Source: Prorocentrum cordatum
Taxonomy: Eukaryota
Direction: 5' to 3'
Assembly: GCA_963575745.1 (NCBI GenBank)
Contig: CAUYUJ010000001.1
Location: 2,356,001 to 2,420,000, forward strand
Length of the DNA stretch: 64,000 bases
Both the position numbers and the translations under genes were made by a program. The notes below the pieces were generated by a model. It saw only the letters and a list, made by a program, of their open reading frames with translations. It searched no databases and was not told the origin of the DNA. Shown in pieces: positions 46,159 to 56,905 of the stretch (position 1 is the first letter of the stretch; each line of letters starts with the position of its first letter).

Positions 46159-46780
46159 TATGTCTGGGTAAACTTATGATCGGTGAGTTCTTCCGCCACC
46201 AGTTAACGCCATGTGTCGATGTTGCCCTTTGCATCTCAACTTAACTCGCGACCTATGGCCGGGCTGTTTGTCATGAACTTGGTCGGTTTCTTAATGAACA
46301 TCTCTTCACCTTTGACCATCTGCTTCAAGTCGTAACATCACAAATCTCCATTGTAAACTTTAACATCTTTGTTTCTGAGCAACCGTTGCACTACTGAAGT
46401 GCTCCAACTGGTCGCCCCCGCGGGGTGTTCAAATAGAAAGTATAAACCATTTCGCCGTTGAGTTTCGCAAAGCTCCATCGCGAACGTCAAATGCTTGATC
46501 CCGTAACCCAACATTTGTTTTACTCGGTCAGCGCCTAATCTTTTTAAAGTTGAACGTCTGGAGTCTGCTGAAAGCTGCGCACATGGGGCTCACCACTAGT
46601 AACGGGGCTGCTTTGGATTTGACTATCTTTTTTGCTTTCGCTCGCATGGCTGGCACATTAAAGTCCCATGGGTTACCATGTTGATCGCGCGATGTTAAGT
46701 CCATCGCTAATCCCGGTATCAGTCCCATTTTCTCTGCCATGCCTGTAACTCTCACCGGCGAATATGCCTCAGTCACGTGC
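46140..46780 (-). pseudogene. C5 cytosine DNA-methyltransferase-like domain embedded in Copia B pol (disrupted)
   Basis: VTEAYSP (I), WDF, VVSPMCAAFS (IV, with Cys), YFLFEHPAGATSW (VI), KKPTKFMTNS (VIII-like), YPDILCRAIL (X); 2 frameshifts and 2 stops by manual translation. Confidence 0.75.
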
Positions 46781-48846
46781 GCCTGAGTCTCATGTTGACT
46801 TGCGCCATAAAGCTTGGTGGCTCTCCTTGCCTCGTTCAATTGGTGCACGACGTTCAACTCCCCGCCTGTCAACCACTCAACCAGCTCAGAGTCAAATCCC
46901 ATCATGTTGAGTCCCAATCTGATGTCGTTTACTTCTGACATTTCTTCATCTTGTTCCGGATTAAGTTGGCGATGTTGAGTTGCCTGTTGATCTTCTTCGT
47001 CATGGTCACCATCTGCTTTTCGTTTAATGGGTTCACTTGGGGGGTCTTTCATTTCTTCATCTTCTATTTCGAACTCGGTCCACCCGGTCCAGTAACCGTT
47101 AAAGGGGTTTCCCATGGCCCATGTTTGGTCATCTCCCTCTTTGCCATACCAAGCGTCTTCGTGTTCACGTATTTCACCGCTGTTAATCAGGATGGCATGA
47201 GTAAATCTCCTGGGTTTAAGTTTGTCCCAATCTACCGGACATCCACCATTGGTGGGAAAGGCTAACTCTTTTCTTGGTCGCCGGTGTTGACATATAACTT
47301 TGTTTCCTTTTACTACCCACTCATCCTTCGCATCCTCAACCTTGGCGCTCGGCGGAGGTGGCACGTTGATTCTCAGTCTTTTCGCTTGACTGTCTGATTC
47401 CTGATTTTGACTTTCCGACGCGCGGCCTTTACTTTCGAGTCTCAGTTGGGCCGATGCTAGCCTTGCCTGGATATTTGGGCTCTCTTGTTTCTTTAGCCAC
47501 TCGATAACTCGAGCCCTGCAATCGGCGTTATGCGGTTTGTGCTCTTTGTCTCCTCTAACAAGACATTTACACCCGTAACATCCCGGTGTCGGTCCCATTT
47601 TTAAATATTCGTGCTTCTTTACTGCTATTCCTCGCGCAATCAGCGGCTTCGTCTCAGGTGCCGTTAACTCTTGCTCTGGCAAGTCCATGGGCACCATGAT
47701 TCTAGACTGTAATTCCATTCCTGCCGTACTGGGGTCAGGCTGCCAAGGTGGCCCCTTCATCTCGGTAATCTCGTCGCTGTTCCATCTTTCCGCTTCACTT
47801 CCTTTCCGTTTAAACTCGCGTGCCTTGATTGCTCCATTTGGTGTCCCAATAATTAGCTCCTGACTCTTCTCGTTTATTCCCAAAAACACTCCACTTTCCC
47901 ATCTCATTTCAAGTTTTTCGCGGCCCTTGTGTGCAGGCGTCTTTAAGTACATGACACATTCGCCGGATTCAGGAATTTGCTTGTTAAACTTTCTCCCCCT
48001 GCATCTCTCATGGGCTGTCTTTCCATCCGTGTCTATCGTGAACTTGTTAATCAGAGAAGACGCATAGCTCACCAGCCATGGTATTATCGCGCGACTCTCA
48101 CTAAACTCGGTCTTGTAATTGGCATCCAAGGCGCTCTTTAATGTTCTAACTTGCCCTTGCACCGTTCTAACTGCTCTCTCGATTTCACCGTTGGCCTTTG
48201 AGTCGCCTACAGGACTGACTTCAACACCCATGTCGAGGTCACGCGACGCTTTAATTCTGTTGGCCAGCGCCGTGATTGCCGCTTCTCCATCGCTTTTGAG
48301 TATAACCTTCTTATATCCGGTAAAGCTGATCATGTCACATCCCACCTTTACTGAGTATGAGTCCACTCCCTTTTTCAGCAACACTCGGCTCCACGTTAAT
48401 TTGGCCTCCCTGCAATGCATGACTAGAACTGGGTTGCCATTGCTGGCACTTTCGCCGTCTTCCTTTTTCCCTTTAAGCCACATGTAGTCCATTGAAATCA
48501 CTGGTACGTTTCCGTTCCTTTCCCTTTTGCGTCTCCGGTGATTGCGCCTGCGTGCTTTTCCTCTAACACAATGTGGGCACCAGCTTCGGTAAGGTAAATG
48601 CGTTGTGTTGTGCGTCTCAACCCCCTCCCTTGAGGGCCTCATGTCACAGTAAACTTTCTTCGGTAACTCCGCTTCATCGCTCACACATACATCTTCCACA
48701 TCACTCAACTCACTCTCGCTGCCCCCACTTTCACTCCCTTCACCTTCTTCGGCGTTAAAGACATTTAAGTTTTCGCTTGGTCTTACGGGTAATGAGGGGC
48801 TTAGTAGAACAGATCCGCCTCCAGGGTTCCCGGCCGCGGAAAACCC
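46781..48846 (-). CDS. pol: Copia B integrase region (start of pol, entered by -1 frameshift)
   Basis: HNTTHLPYRSWCPHC; SMDY / KSDGE / SKANGEIERAV; TPGCYGC...H...CR; the frame is open back to the slippery site at 48846. Confidence 0.93.
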
Positions 48847-51410
48847 TCAGCTGCGTTCACTTCGCTCCTGGGATTGACGGCCTCCGCTGGCCCCCTCGGC
48901 ACTGTGCTGTTGAACTGAAACGTGCCATTCTTCTCGTGGATAGTTGTGCATTTACCCGTGGCCTTATTCATGATGTGACTCAGGGACCTCCCGTTAAGAT
49001 CCTTGTCAAACACAACTCTGTTTCCAGCGTTTACCATTTCCCTGACGGATCCCAGAACTTTGTTGACTTCCGCTACCTGAATCGGCATGCTGACTGCGTT
49101 CCCATGTTCATTCCTGCCGGTGACCACTCGCTGCCCGTAATTCTTTATCGTCGTTCCATTTGCTGCGCTGTAATGTCTTCCCTGCTTTGACGCATCCGTT
49201 TGTTTAATGGGGAAATATGTGCCTACTTTGGGGGGTCCCACCGTGTTGTACGCCCCAGAGTCCACGGTAACCGCAATTGTCTCATGCGTTGTACTCTGAG
49301 GTGGCACCGCGTTAATTTCTGGATCACAGTCTCGCATCTCGATCAGCCCAATCTCTCTGCATTTCTCCAGCCAACTTTTTTCCTGTTTCACACTTTTACT
49401 TATCCTCTGGTCCCATTGATTCACATGATTGCAGTCCCCGTTGCATTGATGCTCATGGTAAACTCTTTTCAGGCTCATTGCGGCCTTACGCGCCATTTTC
49501 TTTCTGGCGTGTGAGGTCAGAGCCCATTGCCCGTTAACCTCCTCAGTTGTGAGTTGGTCTAGTGGCACGTTCACTGCATCCCTCATTTCAACGCTGAGAA
49601 CATGTTGCGGTTGGCCAAATGAGGTGGTTTGTTCACTTTCCGCGTTCACTGTCGGTCTCTCTTGCTCAACTTCGTTGGCGGTCTTCTTGGGGCCCGGGCA
49701 GTTAACGGCGATGTGCCCTTTGGCACCGCACTTGTAACACTCACGCTCGCTATGGGGGGTACATTTTCCTTGGCTTCCATAACTTCCACCCCGCGAGCCA
49801 CTCCCTTTACCACCTTGTTTGCCTCCAATCTTACCTTTCATGTAGGACCCGTAGGTGGCCCGGTAACCCTTGCCTTTTCCGCCTTTGCCACCTTTACCTC
49901 CTTTGGTGAACTGTTTAGGTCTTGTGCAATTTCTAGCTAAATGACCCATGCCTCCACAATTGTAACATTTGGGGCTTGTGCCTTTACCTTTGCTTTTGTT
50001 TACGGCGTCGACTTCTTCGTGATCTCCACTGTTACTCTCATTGGCCCAGGGCCCGTAACTCCAAGATCCATCTTCTGGCCACCAGTTTCCGTCCTCGTCA
50101 ACCCATCCTGTCTGGTCCCAGATATTTTCGGACCCTTGACTCGTCTCGTTGATATTCCCAATGTCCATCGCATCTTTATTCTTGGTGTCTGAGTCGAGTT
50201 TCTTTTTACGCGCCCAGTCTTCACACTTAGAGTATAGCTTCTGGAATGTGTCAATGTTAAGCGCGTCGGGCGTTCGCCAGCACGCCTGCTGCCACTCGTC
50301 GAACCAATCGTTCGCATGCACCATTATTGCCCTGAGTGCGGTGATTCTAAGGGGGAGAGGCAGTGAGTAATCTTTACCATGCTTTTCAAGATTTTCTGCC
50401 AATGCACTCCACTCCTCAAGTCGGGTGACAGTATCAGCAATCTTCTTGGGCGGCTCAGGGTTCATGGCGTGTGTCATCTTTGATGACAGAGTCGCTCCGG
50501 TAACAGCCGAGTACCACTTGTAAACCTTTTGCCAAGCCATAATTCCATCACCATCCATAAATCCCTTTAATTTTCCTCTTGCTTCTGCACCTTCGAGCTT
50601 CTCGTTAAGGATGTACCATAAGTCTTCCTCCATTTGAGTTTTGTCTCCCTCGGTAAACTCGTGCTCTCCTTTGTTGTCATCCTCTGCTTGTTTAGCTGGA
50701 TTCGCCTTCAAGTAATCGCTTGCTGTTAATCGGCCGTTCATTATGCGTATGATGTCATCATCGTCCTCCTCCGGTACAACTCCGTCGAGTGTCTCCAACT
50801 TCTTGTTCAGCATTTTCAGCGCCGGTCGGTAACTCGGTTTTACTTGGGCCAGCGCGTTTAAGAACTTGTCGTTCCAGTCTCTGAACTTTGCTCTTTCTCC
50901 ACTGAAGTTCTTTAACGCCTGTAATGCCTTATATTCGCTTATCGGTTTACCGCTCCCGTGCTTGCTTCCACTTCTTCCTTTGATTGCTTCCGAAAGCTGA
51001 CCAATTTTTTCAATCAACTTATCTTGTACCTCGCTGTTGGTCTCCAACTCGGTGACTCTTTCCACCAGCCTGCGAGCATCCCTTTCAAGTGCAGCGTTTC
51101 TCTTCGTAATCGCTAACAACATGCTGTTGGTCTTATGAGCACTCTGTAACATTTGGAATGCCTCGGCGTTCGATACTTCCCTTCGGTCCTGTGCCACTCG
51201 CTCGTTGATGAACGTTGCAAATCCATAGTGGTTTGCAAGTAACGCTGTCTGAACGTAACTGAAGTCTCCGTTCAGGTATGCTTGCTCGCACAGGTCATTG
51301 AAGCGGTTAGGGTCCATGTTGACCCATGCGTCTCTGTCTGCCGGCACATTGAGGTTAACCGGCGGGTCGCCCTGCCCAGGCCTAGCTGCAGCGGCCGCCG
51401 CCGCCGCCAT
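48801..51410 (-). CDS. gag: Copia B Gag-protease (two CCHC knuckles, aspartic protease)
   Basis: CYNCGGMGHLARNC, CYKCGAKGHIAVNC, DAMDIG and VTVDSGA; intact 869 aa. Confidence 0.95.
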   Translation of the reverse strand: MAAAAAAAARPGQGDPPVNLNVPADRDAWVNMDPNRFNDLCEQAYLNGDFSYVQTALLANHYGFATFINERVAQDRREVSNAEAFQMLQSAHKTNSMLLAITKRNAALERDARRLVERVTELETNSEVQDKLIEKIGQLSEAIKGRSGSKHGSGKPISEYKALQALKNFSGERAKFRDWNDKFLNALAQVKPSYRPALKMLNKKLETLDGVVPEEDDDDIIRIMNGRLTASDYLKANPAKQAEDDNKGEHEFTEGDKTQMEEDLWYILNEKLEGAEARGKLKGFMDGDGIMAWQKVYKWYSAVTGATLSSKMTHAMNPEPPKKIADTVTRLEEWSALAENLEKHGKDYSLPLPLRITALRAIMVHANDWFDEWQQACWRTPDALNIDTFQKLYSKCEDWARKKKLDSDTKNKDAMDIGNINETSQGSENIWDQTGWVDEDGNWWPEDGSWSYGPWANESNSGDHEEVDAVNKSKGKGTSPKCYNCGGMGHLARNCTRPKQFTKGGKGGKGGKGKGYRATYGSYMKGKIGGKQGGKGSGSRGGSYGSQGKCTPHSERECYKCGAKGHIAVNCPGPKKTANEVEQERPTVNAESEQTTSFGQPQHVLSVEMRDAVNVPLDQLTTEEVNGQWALTSHARKKMARKAAMSLKRVYHEHQCNGDCNHVNQWDQRISKSVKQEKSWLEKCREIGLIEMRDCDPEINAVPPQSTTHETIAVTVDSGAYNTVGPPKVGTYFPIKQTDASKQGRHYSAANGTTIKNYGQRVVTGRNEHGNAVSMPIQVAEVNKVLGSVREMVNAGNRVVFDKDLNGRSLSHIMNKATGKCTTIHEKNGTFQFNSTVPRGPAEAVNPRSEVNAAEGFPRPGTLEADLFY
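48814..48846 (-). promoter_or_regulatory. -1 ribosomal frameshift signal: G GGU UUU + stem-loop
   Basis: In-frame X XXY YYZ heptamer at 48846-48840; the -1 frame has TGA immediately 5' and is open into integrase; hairpin CCGC-GG-CCGGG-AAC-CCTGG-AG-GCGG follows. Confidence 0.8.
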
Positions 51411-51419
51411 GGCAACCGC

Positions 51420-51431
51420 GCTCCGCTACCA
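51420..51431 (-). promoter_or_regulatory. Primer-binding site TGGTAGCGGAGC
   Basis: Abuts the 5' LTR; identical to the Copia A PBS. Confidence 0.88.
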
Positions 51432-51606
51432 TGCAAAACCCCGAGGAGGGTTCTGCACGGGAGCCCAGTAACAGTGATGATGATCGGTCACCTTTATACT
51501 CCCGCACGGCGAAGCGAGTCTCGGTGGCTTCAGCCGTTAAACACTTGAGCCAAAGGTAACAGGGTCACTATTCCTCCCCAGTCACCTGAACGCTTGCATG
51601 TTAACA
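51432..51606 (-). repeat. 5' LTR of Copia B
   Basis: Direct repeat of 40855-41029. Confidence 0.97.
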
Positions 51607-51950
51607 CCTCCTCCTTTTCCTCCTCCTCCTCCCCCTCCCGCTCCCCCTCGTTCTTCTTCCCGCCGCCGCCTCCTCCGCCTCCTCCGCCTCCTCCTCCTCC
51701 TCCCCTCCTCCTCCCCTCTCCTCCTCCTCCTCCTTCCTCCTCCTCCTCCTCCTCCTCCTCCTCCTCCTCCCGCTCCCCCTCCTGCTCCTCCTCTTCCTCC
51801 TCTTCCTCCTCCTCCTCCTCGTTCTTCTTTTTTTTCTTATTATTTTTCTTCTTATTCTTCTCCTTCTCCTTCTCCTTCTTCTTCTTCTTCTCATTCTTCT
51901 CCTCCTCCTCCTCCTCCTCCGCCTCCTCCTCCTCCCTCCTCCTCCTCCTC

Positions 51951-51985
<35 letters not shown>

Positions 51986-52195
51986 CCCCCGCTCCTCCTC
52001 CTCCTCCTCCTCCTTCTCCTCTCCTCCTCCTCCTTTTCCTCCTCCTTCTCCCCCTCCTCTTCCTCCTCCTCCCCTCCTCCTCCTCCTCCTCCCTCCCTCC
52101 CTCCTCCCCTCCTCCTCCTCCTCCTCCTCCTCCTCCTCCTCCTCCTCCTCATCAAGATCATGATCATCATGATCATCATGATCATGATCATTGTC

Positions 52196-52227
<32 letters not shown>

Positions 52228-52504
52228 GTTGATGATCATTATCACTACCACCACCCCGATCATCATCATGATCATCATGATCATCATGATGATGATGATC
52301 ATCATCATCATCATCACCGTCATCATCAACATCATCATCATCAGCATGACCCTCATCATACTCATCATCATCATCGTCATCATCGTCAACACCACCATCA
52401 TCATCATAATCTCATCGTCGTCATCATCATCACCATAATCATGATCATCTTCATCATCATCCCATTATTCCTTGCTCCTCCTCCTCCCCCTCTTCCTCCG
52501 AACC

Positions 52505-52537
<33 letters not shown>

Positions 52538-52948
52538 GTCATCATCTTCAGCATCATCATCAACACCACCACCACCGTCATCATCGTCATCATCAGCAGC
52601 AGCATTAGCATCAGCATCAGCATCATCGTCGTCATCATCATGATCATGATCATGATCATCATCATCAGAAGCAGCAGCAGCAGCATCATCATCATCATCC
52701 TCATCCTCGTCCTCGTACTCGTCCTCATCCTCGTTCTCATCCTCCTTCTCCCTCCTCCCTCCTCATCCTGCTCTTCCTGCTGCTCCTCCTCCTCCTCCGC
52801 GTCCTCCTCCTCCTCCTCCGCCTCCTCCCCATCCTCTCCGTCCTCCCTCCTCCCTCCTCCCTCCTCACTCCTCCCCCCTCCCTTCCCCTCCTCCCGCCTC
52901 CCGCCTCCCCTCCCGTTAGTCGTAAGTCGTCCGTGGTCGGCGTCGAGG

Positions 52949-52985
<37 letters not shown>
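51607..52985. repeat. Compound (CCT)n/(CAT)n/(CGT)n microsatellite
   Basis: Seen directly. Confidence 0.95.
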
Positions 52986-52988
<3 letters not shown>

Positions 52989-53413
52989 GTCAACCACCAG
53001 CATCTGGAGCGCCTCGGATCGGCGGCACTGGCCGGAGGCCTTTCAATAAGGAACGAAGCCCTTTCTTCAACAAGTTAAAACTTCGATGTCGCATCGAAAC
53101 CCTAAGGGCAACCTAGGGAAAACTGTAAAACCACTAAAGAACACTGAGCCCCTCCCAAACGGAAAAGGTTCCTTATTCAGCGCCCCGAGTGTAACTCTTT
53201 GCCAACGCGTCCGTTTGCCTTGCTCGCCGATCGCCTCGGACAGCGACCCGAGCCCCAAGATCGTGAGGCCACCCCGAGGTCCCCAGCGACTCACCGCACG
53301 GTGTGGTCACCGCACGGCATGGGGGCCCCCGATGCTCCTGACGGGCAGCGGGTCCTGAACCCCAGAGCTGCATCGAGAATCCTCTGTTTTGTAGCCGGGT
53401 CCTTCAGGCTGTT

Positions 53414-53640
53414 ATGAAACAGGTCCCTGGCTCGCTTGGCTCGCGCTCGCAGCATCGAACCCGCCATGCATTCACTCACGAGCCACTGCCATACGGCCCA
53501 TTGGTGCAGCGCATGGAGCTCACTCTCAATGACGGGACTGTTAGAACTGTTTTTTTCAATCACCCGTTCGCCCTCTTGGACCGCACCGTTCGGGATTGCG
53601 CTCCGTTCAGACGCACTTTGAAGGCAAAGTTGGCGGAGGC
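53414..53640 (+). pseudogene. Possible DNA-transposase fragment
   Basis: PLPYGPLVQRMELTL...FNHPFALLDRTVRDCAPFRRTL is protein-like and recalls N-terminal parts of CMC/Plavaka-type transposases (from memory, unverified). Confidence 0.3.
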
Positions 53641-53795
53641 CTTCCCCCCAAGCAAATTTCTCGTCCTGCGCAGCTTTTGGACAGCCCTGGAGCCGAGGGA
53701 CGGGGAAAGAGATCAGGACCCGTTTCCTTCATGGCGAGAGGTCTGATCCTGAACGTTCTCCGTCGCGGGAGCCTCTCCCAGATCGCCGCTGATGC

Positions 53796-53916
53796 CTCCG
53801 CTGGGCGCCGCGCAGGCCCCGGAGCAACACCCGCACGCCCTCGTCCAGGAGCACGCAGTTGGCGGGCTGCAGGGCGACGGCCGTGGCGAGGTCGTCCAGG
53901 AGCACCCTGTACCGGC
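53796..53916 (-). CDS. Possible isolated host exon
   Basis: AG|G acceptor and AG|GC donor; GRYRVLLDDLATAVALQPANCVLLDEGVRVLLRGL resembles a GRYxVxL...LxPxN / VxLxGL repeat I recall from algal proteins. Confidence 0.4.
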
Positions 53917-54899
53917 CTCGGCTCTCTTTCCCCGTCAAGAGGCAGGAGGTCGTCATGAAATCGAATGAGGGCCATTCGTCCCGATGTAAGAACCATTAAG
54001 ACGGATTACGCCAGATCGAGCCGTGGATTCAGCCGGGCTTAGCGGGATTAAGCCGAAAGTCGGATTAGGCGGCGTTAAGTTAGATTGAGACTGCTTTTGA
54101 CCGAGGATCTACCAACGCCGATGCTGAATCAAGCCTTTCAAGAGTTGCGGAGACTAACCTCTGGGCCACCCTACCGCGGACATCGCTCCGCGCGGGAACG
54201 CGATCATTCTCGTGCTCACGCACGGAACGCCCCCTGGAGGGCAGGCAACTCTCTCCGGCCGAGCAGCAGGCCTCGTGCCGTGATTGCCATCTACAGTAGA
54301 TGTATACGATGAGGAGCCTTGCCAGAAGAAAGATATGGGGTACCTCCCTCGTCGATCCGACCTTCTGCGGGTCCCTGGGGACACCAGGTGCTAAGACAAT
54401 GCAGTGGGGCACCTGATGGCAGGCCAATGTCTTAGTTGATGCGCTTATGGTATTTCGTCAAATTCGCAATCGGATCAACCGCGATTGCCTGTGTTGTCTC
54501 GTTATCGCGTTTTGTTGTTGTTGCTTCTTCTTCTTCTTCTTCGTTCCCCCATCTTCCAAGAGAGGGAGATTGGGGCGAGGGAGGGGGGGGAAGGACGAGG
54601 GAGAAGGGAGGGGGGGACACGCAGGTTGCGTTCGCGCCATATCCGACACCCTACCCCGACCACCCATCCCTCCAAGTTGCGCGGATGTTTTCTCTACATC
54701 GCGGCCCTGGAACTCTGAAAGGGGGAGGATTGTTTTCATGGGTGCTCCCAAATGCTCTTGGAGGATCTTGGGGAGGGGGCCTTGTTTTCCTTCTCTTCCG
54801 CCTCCTCCGTCTCCTCCCCCACTCACCCATCCCCCCTCGGATCTCCGCCTCGCGCCCTGTATTACCTCCCTCACTCCTGCGCCTCTTCGTCCTGACCAG

Positions 54900-54953
54900 C
54901 CTCACCATCATCGTCATTAGCATTACCATCACCATCACCATCACAAACATCAC

Positions 54954-55007
<54 letters not shown>

Positions 55008-55023
55008 CATCATCACCACCACC

Positions 55024-55076
<53 letters not shown>

Positions 55077-55170
55077 CACCACGACCACCACCACCATCAC
55101 CACCATCACCACCACCCACATCACCAACATCACCAACATCACCAACATCACCAACATCATCAACATCACC
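54900..55170. repeat. (CAT)n/(CGT)n/(CAC)n microsatellite
   Basis: Seen directly. Confidence 0.95.
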
Positions 55171-55230
55171 AGCTCGCCAGCCGCCAGCCGCCAGCCCGCG
55201 GGTGTGGAGGTTTAGCAGGCGAAGGACGGT

Positions 55231-56220
55231 ATCTGCCACCGTGCCTCTGAGCACGGAGTGGGCGTGTCCTAAGGTCCTTTGCTCAATCCCCTGAGCCTCA
55301 GTCCTCATTCCTGAGGAGTCTTTAAGGGGACCGGAGCCCAGATTCTCAAATCCGCCGGGGCTTCCCGCGGTTCTTCTGCGGCCCGTCGCATCTCCCCGCG
55401 TGACTTATTCGGGCCCAAGAGGGCCCCAAGACGGGCCAAGAGGGCGCCCCAAGAAGCCCCCAAGACGGCCCAAGGAGGCCCCGAGTCGCCGAACGATTGC
55501 CCCATGACGCTCAAGATGGCCCCCAGACGGCCTAACAGGCCTCCAAGACGCTCAAAGAGGCCCCCAAGAGACCCTACAAAGGGCTCCAAGAAGCCAGAAT
55601 CATTGATCTTCCTGAGGTTTTTGGAGGATGTTGGCGTTCTCGCCTTTTCGGCCCCCTGACGTTCCCAGACGGCCCGTCAGGCCCCCAAGACCGCCCCAAG
55701 ACGGCCCAAGAGGCCTCCAAGATGGCTCCAAGAATCCCAAGGGGCGCCCAAAACGGCCCAAGCAGGCCCCAAAACTGAAGGGGCCCCAGGACACACAAAT
55801 AAATACACACAAATAAAACTATTCCCCATATTTTCTGGGTGTTTGTCTTCCCGCCCACTTCCCATATTTTCCCATATGTTCTTTGGGATCGACGATTAAT
55901 TGTGTCTGTGTGTTTTTTCCCCTCCTGAATGACGGCCCCCAAAGGGACCCAAAAGAAGGATCACGAACCAAAATCCGAGCCTTCCGCGCCAAAAAAACCC
56001 CAGGCGGCCCCAAGAGGCGCCCAGAGGCCCCCAAGAGGCCCCAAGGGGCCCTCAAGAGCCTCAAAAGAGGCCCCAGGAGTCACCCAAACGGCCACCGAGA
56101 GGCGTCCAAACTGCCTCCAAGAGGCCCCCCGAGAAGCCTCCCCCAAGATCCCAACGAACATCCAACAGGCTTCATACCCACAACCCAAGCACGGTGGTGG
56201 GATGGGCCGAAGGCCATGAG
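55231..56220 (+). mobile_element. Non-autonomous element with asymmetric inverted repeats and GAA hairpin
   Basis: Left ATCTGCCACCGTGC; right GCACGGTGGTGG (56189-56200) then GGCC-GAA-GGCC (56205-56215); interior of CCAAGA-rich repeats. Confidence 0.6.
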
Positions 56221-56721
56221 TCATGAGGCAAACATGAGAGAACAACAACTTGTCCGCGATCGGGAGCGCTTGTCCCATGGAGGCAGGGAAGTTTATACCC
56301 CCACAGTGGCAGGTGGGGGTGTAATTTCTTCAGCCGCCCTGGAACAGGCTCCCCCGACCGCAAAACGGTTTATGCTATACCGTGTTTCGCCTGCCAAGAG
56401 GTGGGCCAGCGCCGATCCGGGGCACCCGCGCGGACCTCCGAGCGCCTCTTTCGTTTGCGCAGCCGGTCTTGGCCTTCGAGCGGAAGCGATGCACGGAGAG
56501 ATCGTCCTTCTTCCATTGGGCGTTACGCGTGCTACAAAGGGGGGGGGGGGGGGTCGACGGGGGCGGGGATAACGCTGACGGCGGTCGCGGCGTGCACCCT
56601 CGAGGCGCGCCCGCAGCACCAACGAAACACTCGCCTGCGTGCACCAGCAGCGCCTGTGCAGCACCCCGGCCAGCCCCCCCCCCATGCCGCAGGTCTCCGA
56701 CGATCTGATTTGCGCAACCCT

Positions 56722-56905
56722 CGCGTCGCCGTCGTCATCGTTGTCGTCGCCGCCGTCGTCGTCGTCGTCGTCGCCGTCGTTGTCGCCGCCGTCATTGTCG
56801 CCGCCGTCGTCATCGTCGCCGTCGCCGTCGTCATCGTCGCCGTCACCGTCGCCGTCGCCGTCGTCGTCGTTGCCGTCGTCGCCGCCGCCGTCGTCGCCGT
56901 CGTCG
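56722..56905. repeat. (GTC/GCC)n microsatellite
   Basis: Seen directly. Confidence 0.9.

Larger units (their letters stand above)
40855..51606 (-). mobile_element. Full-length Ty1/Copia LTR retrotransposon B (gag-PR / IN-DNMT-RT-RH / ORF3)
   Basis: 175-bp TG...CA LTRs with 3 mismatches, CCTCC TSD within (CCT)n, PBS, PPT and Copia domain order. Confidence 0.97.
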
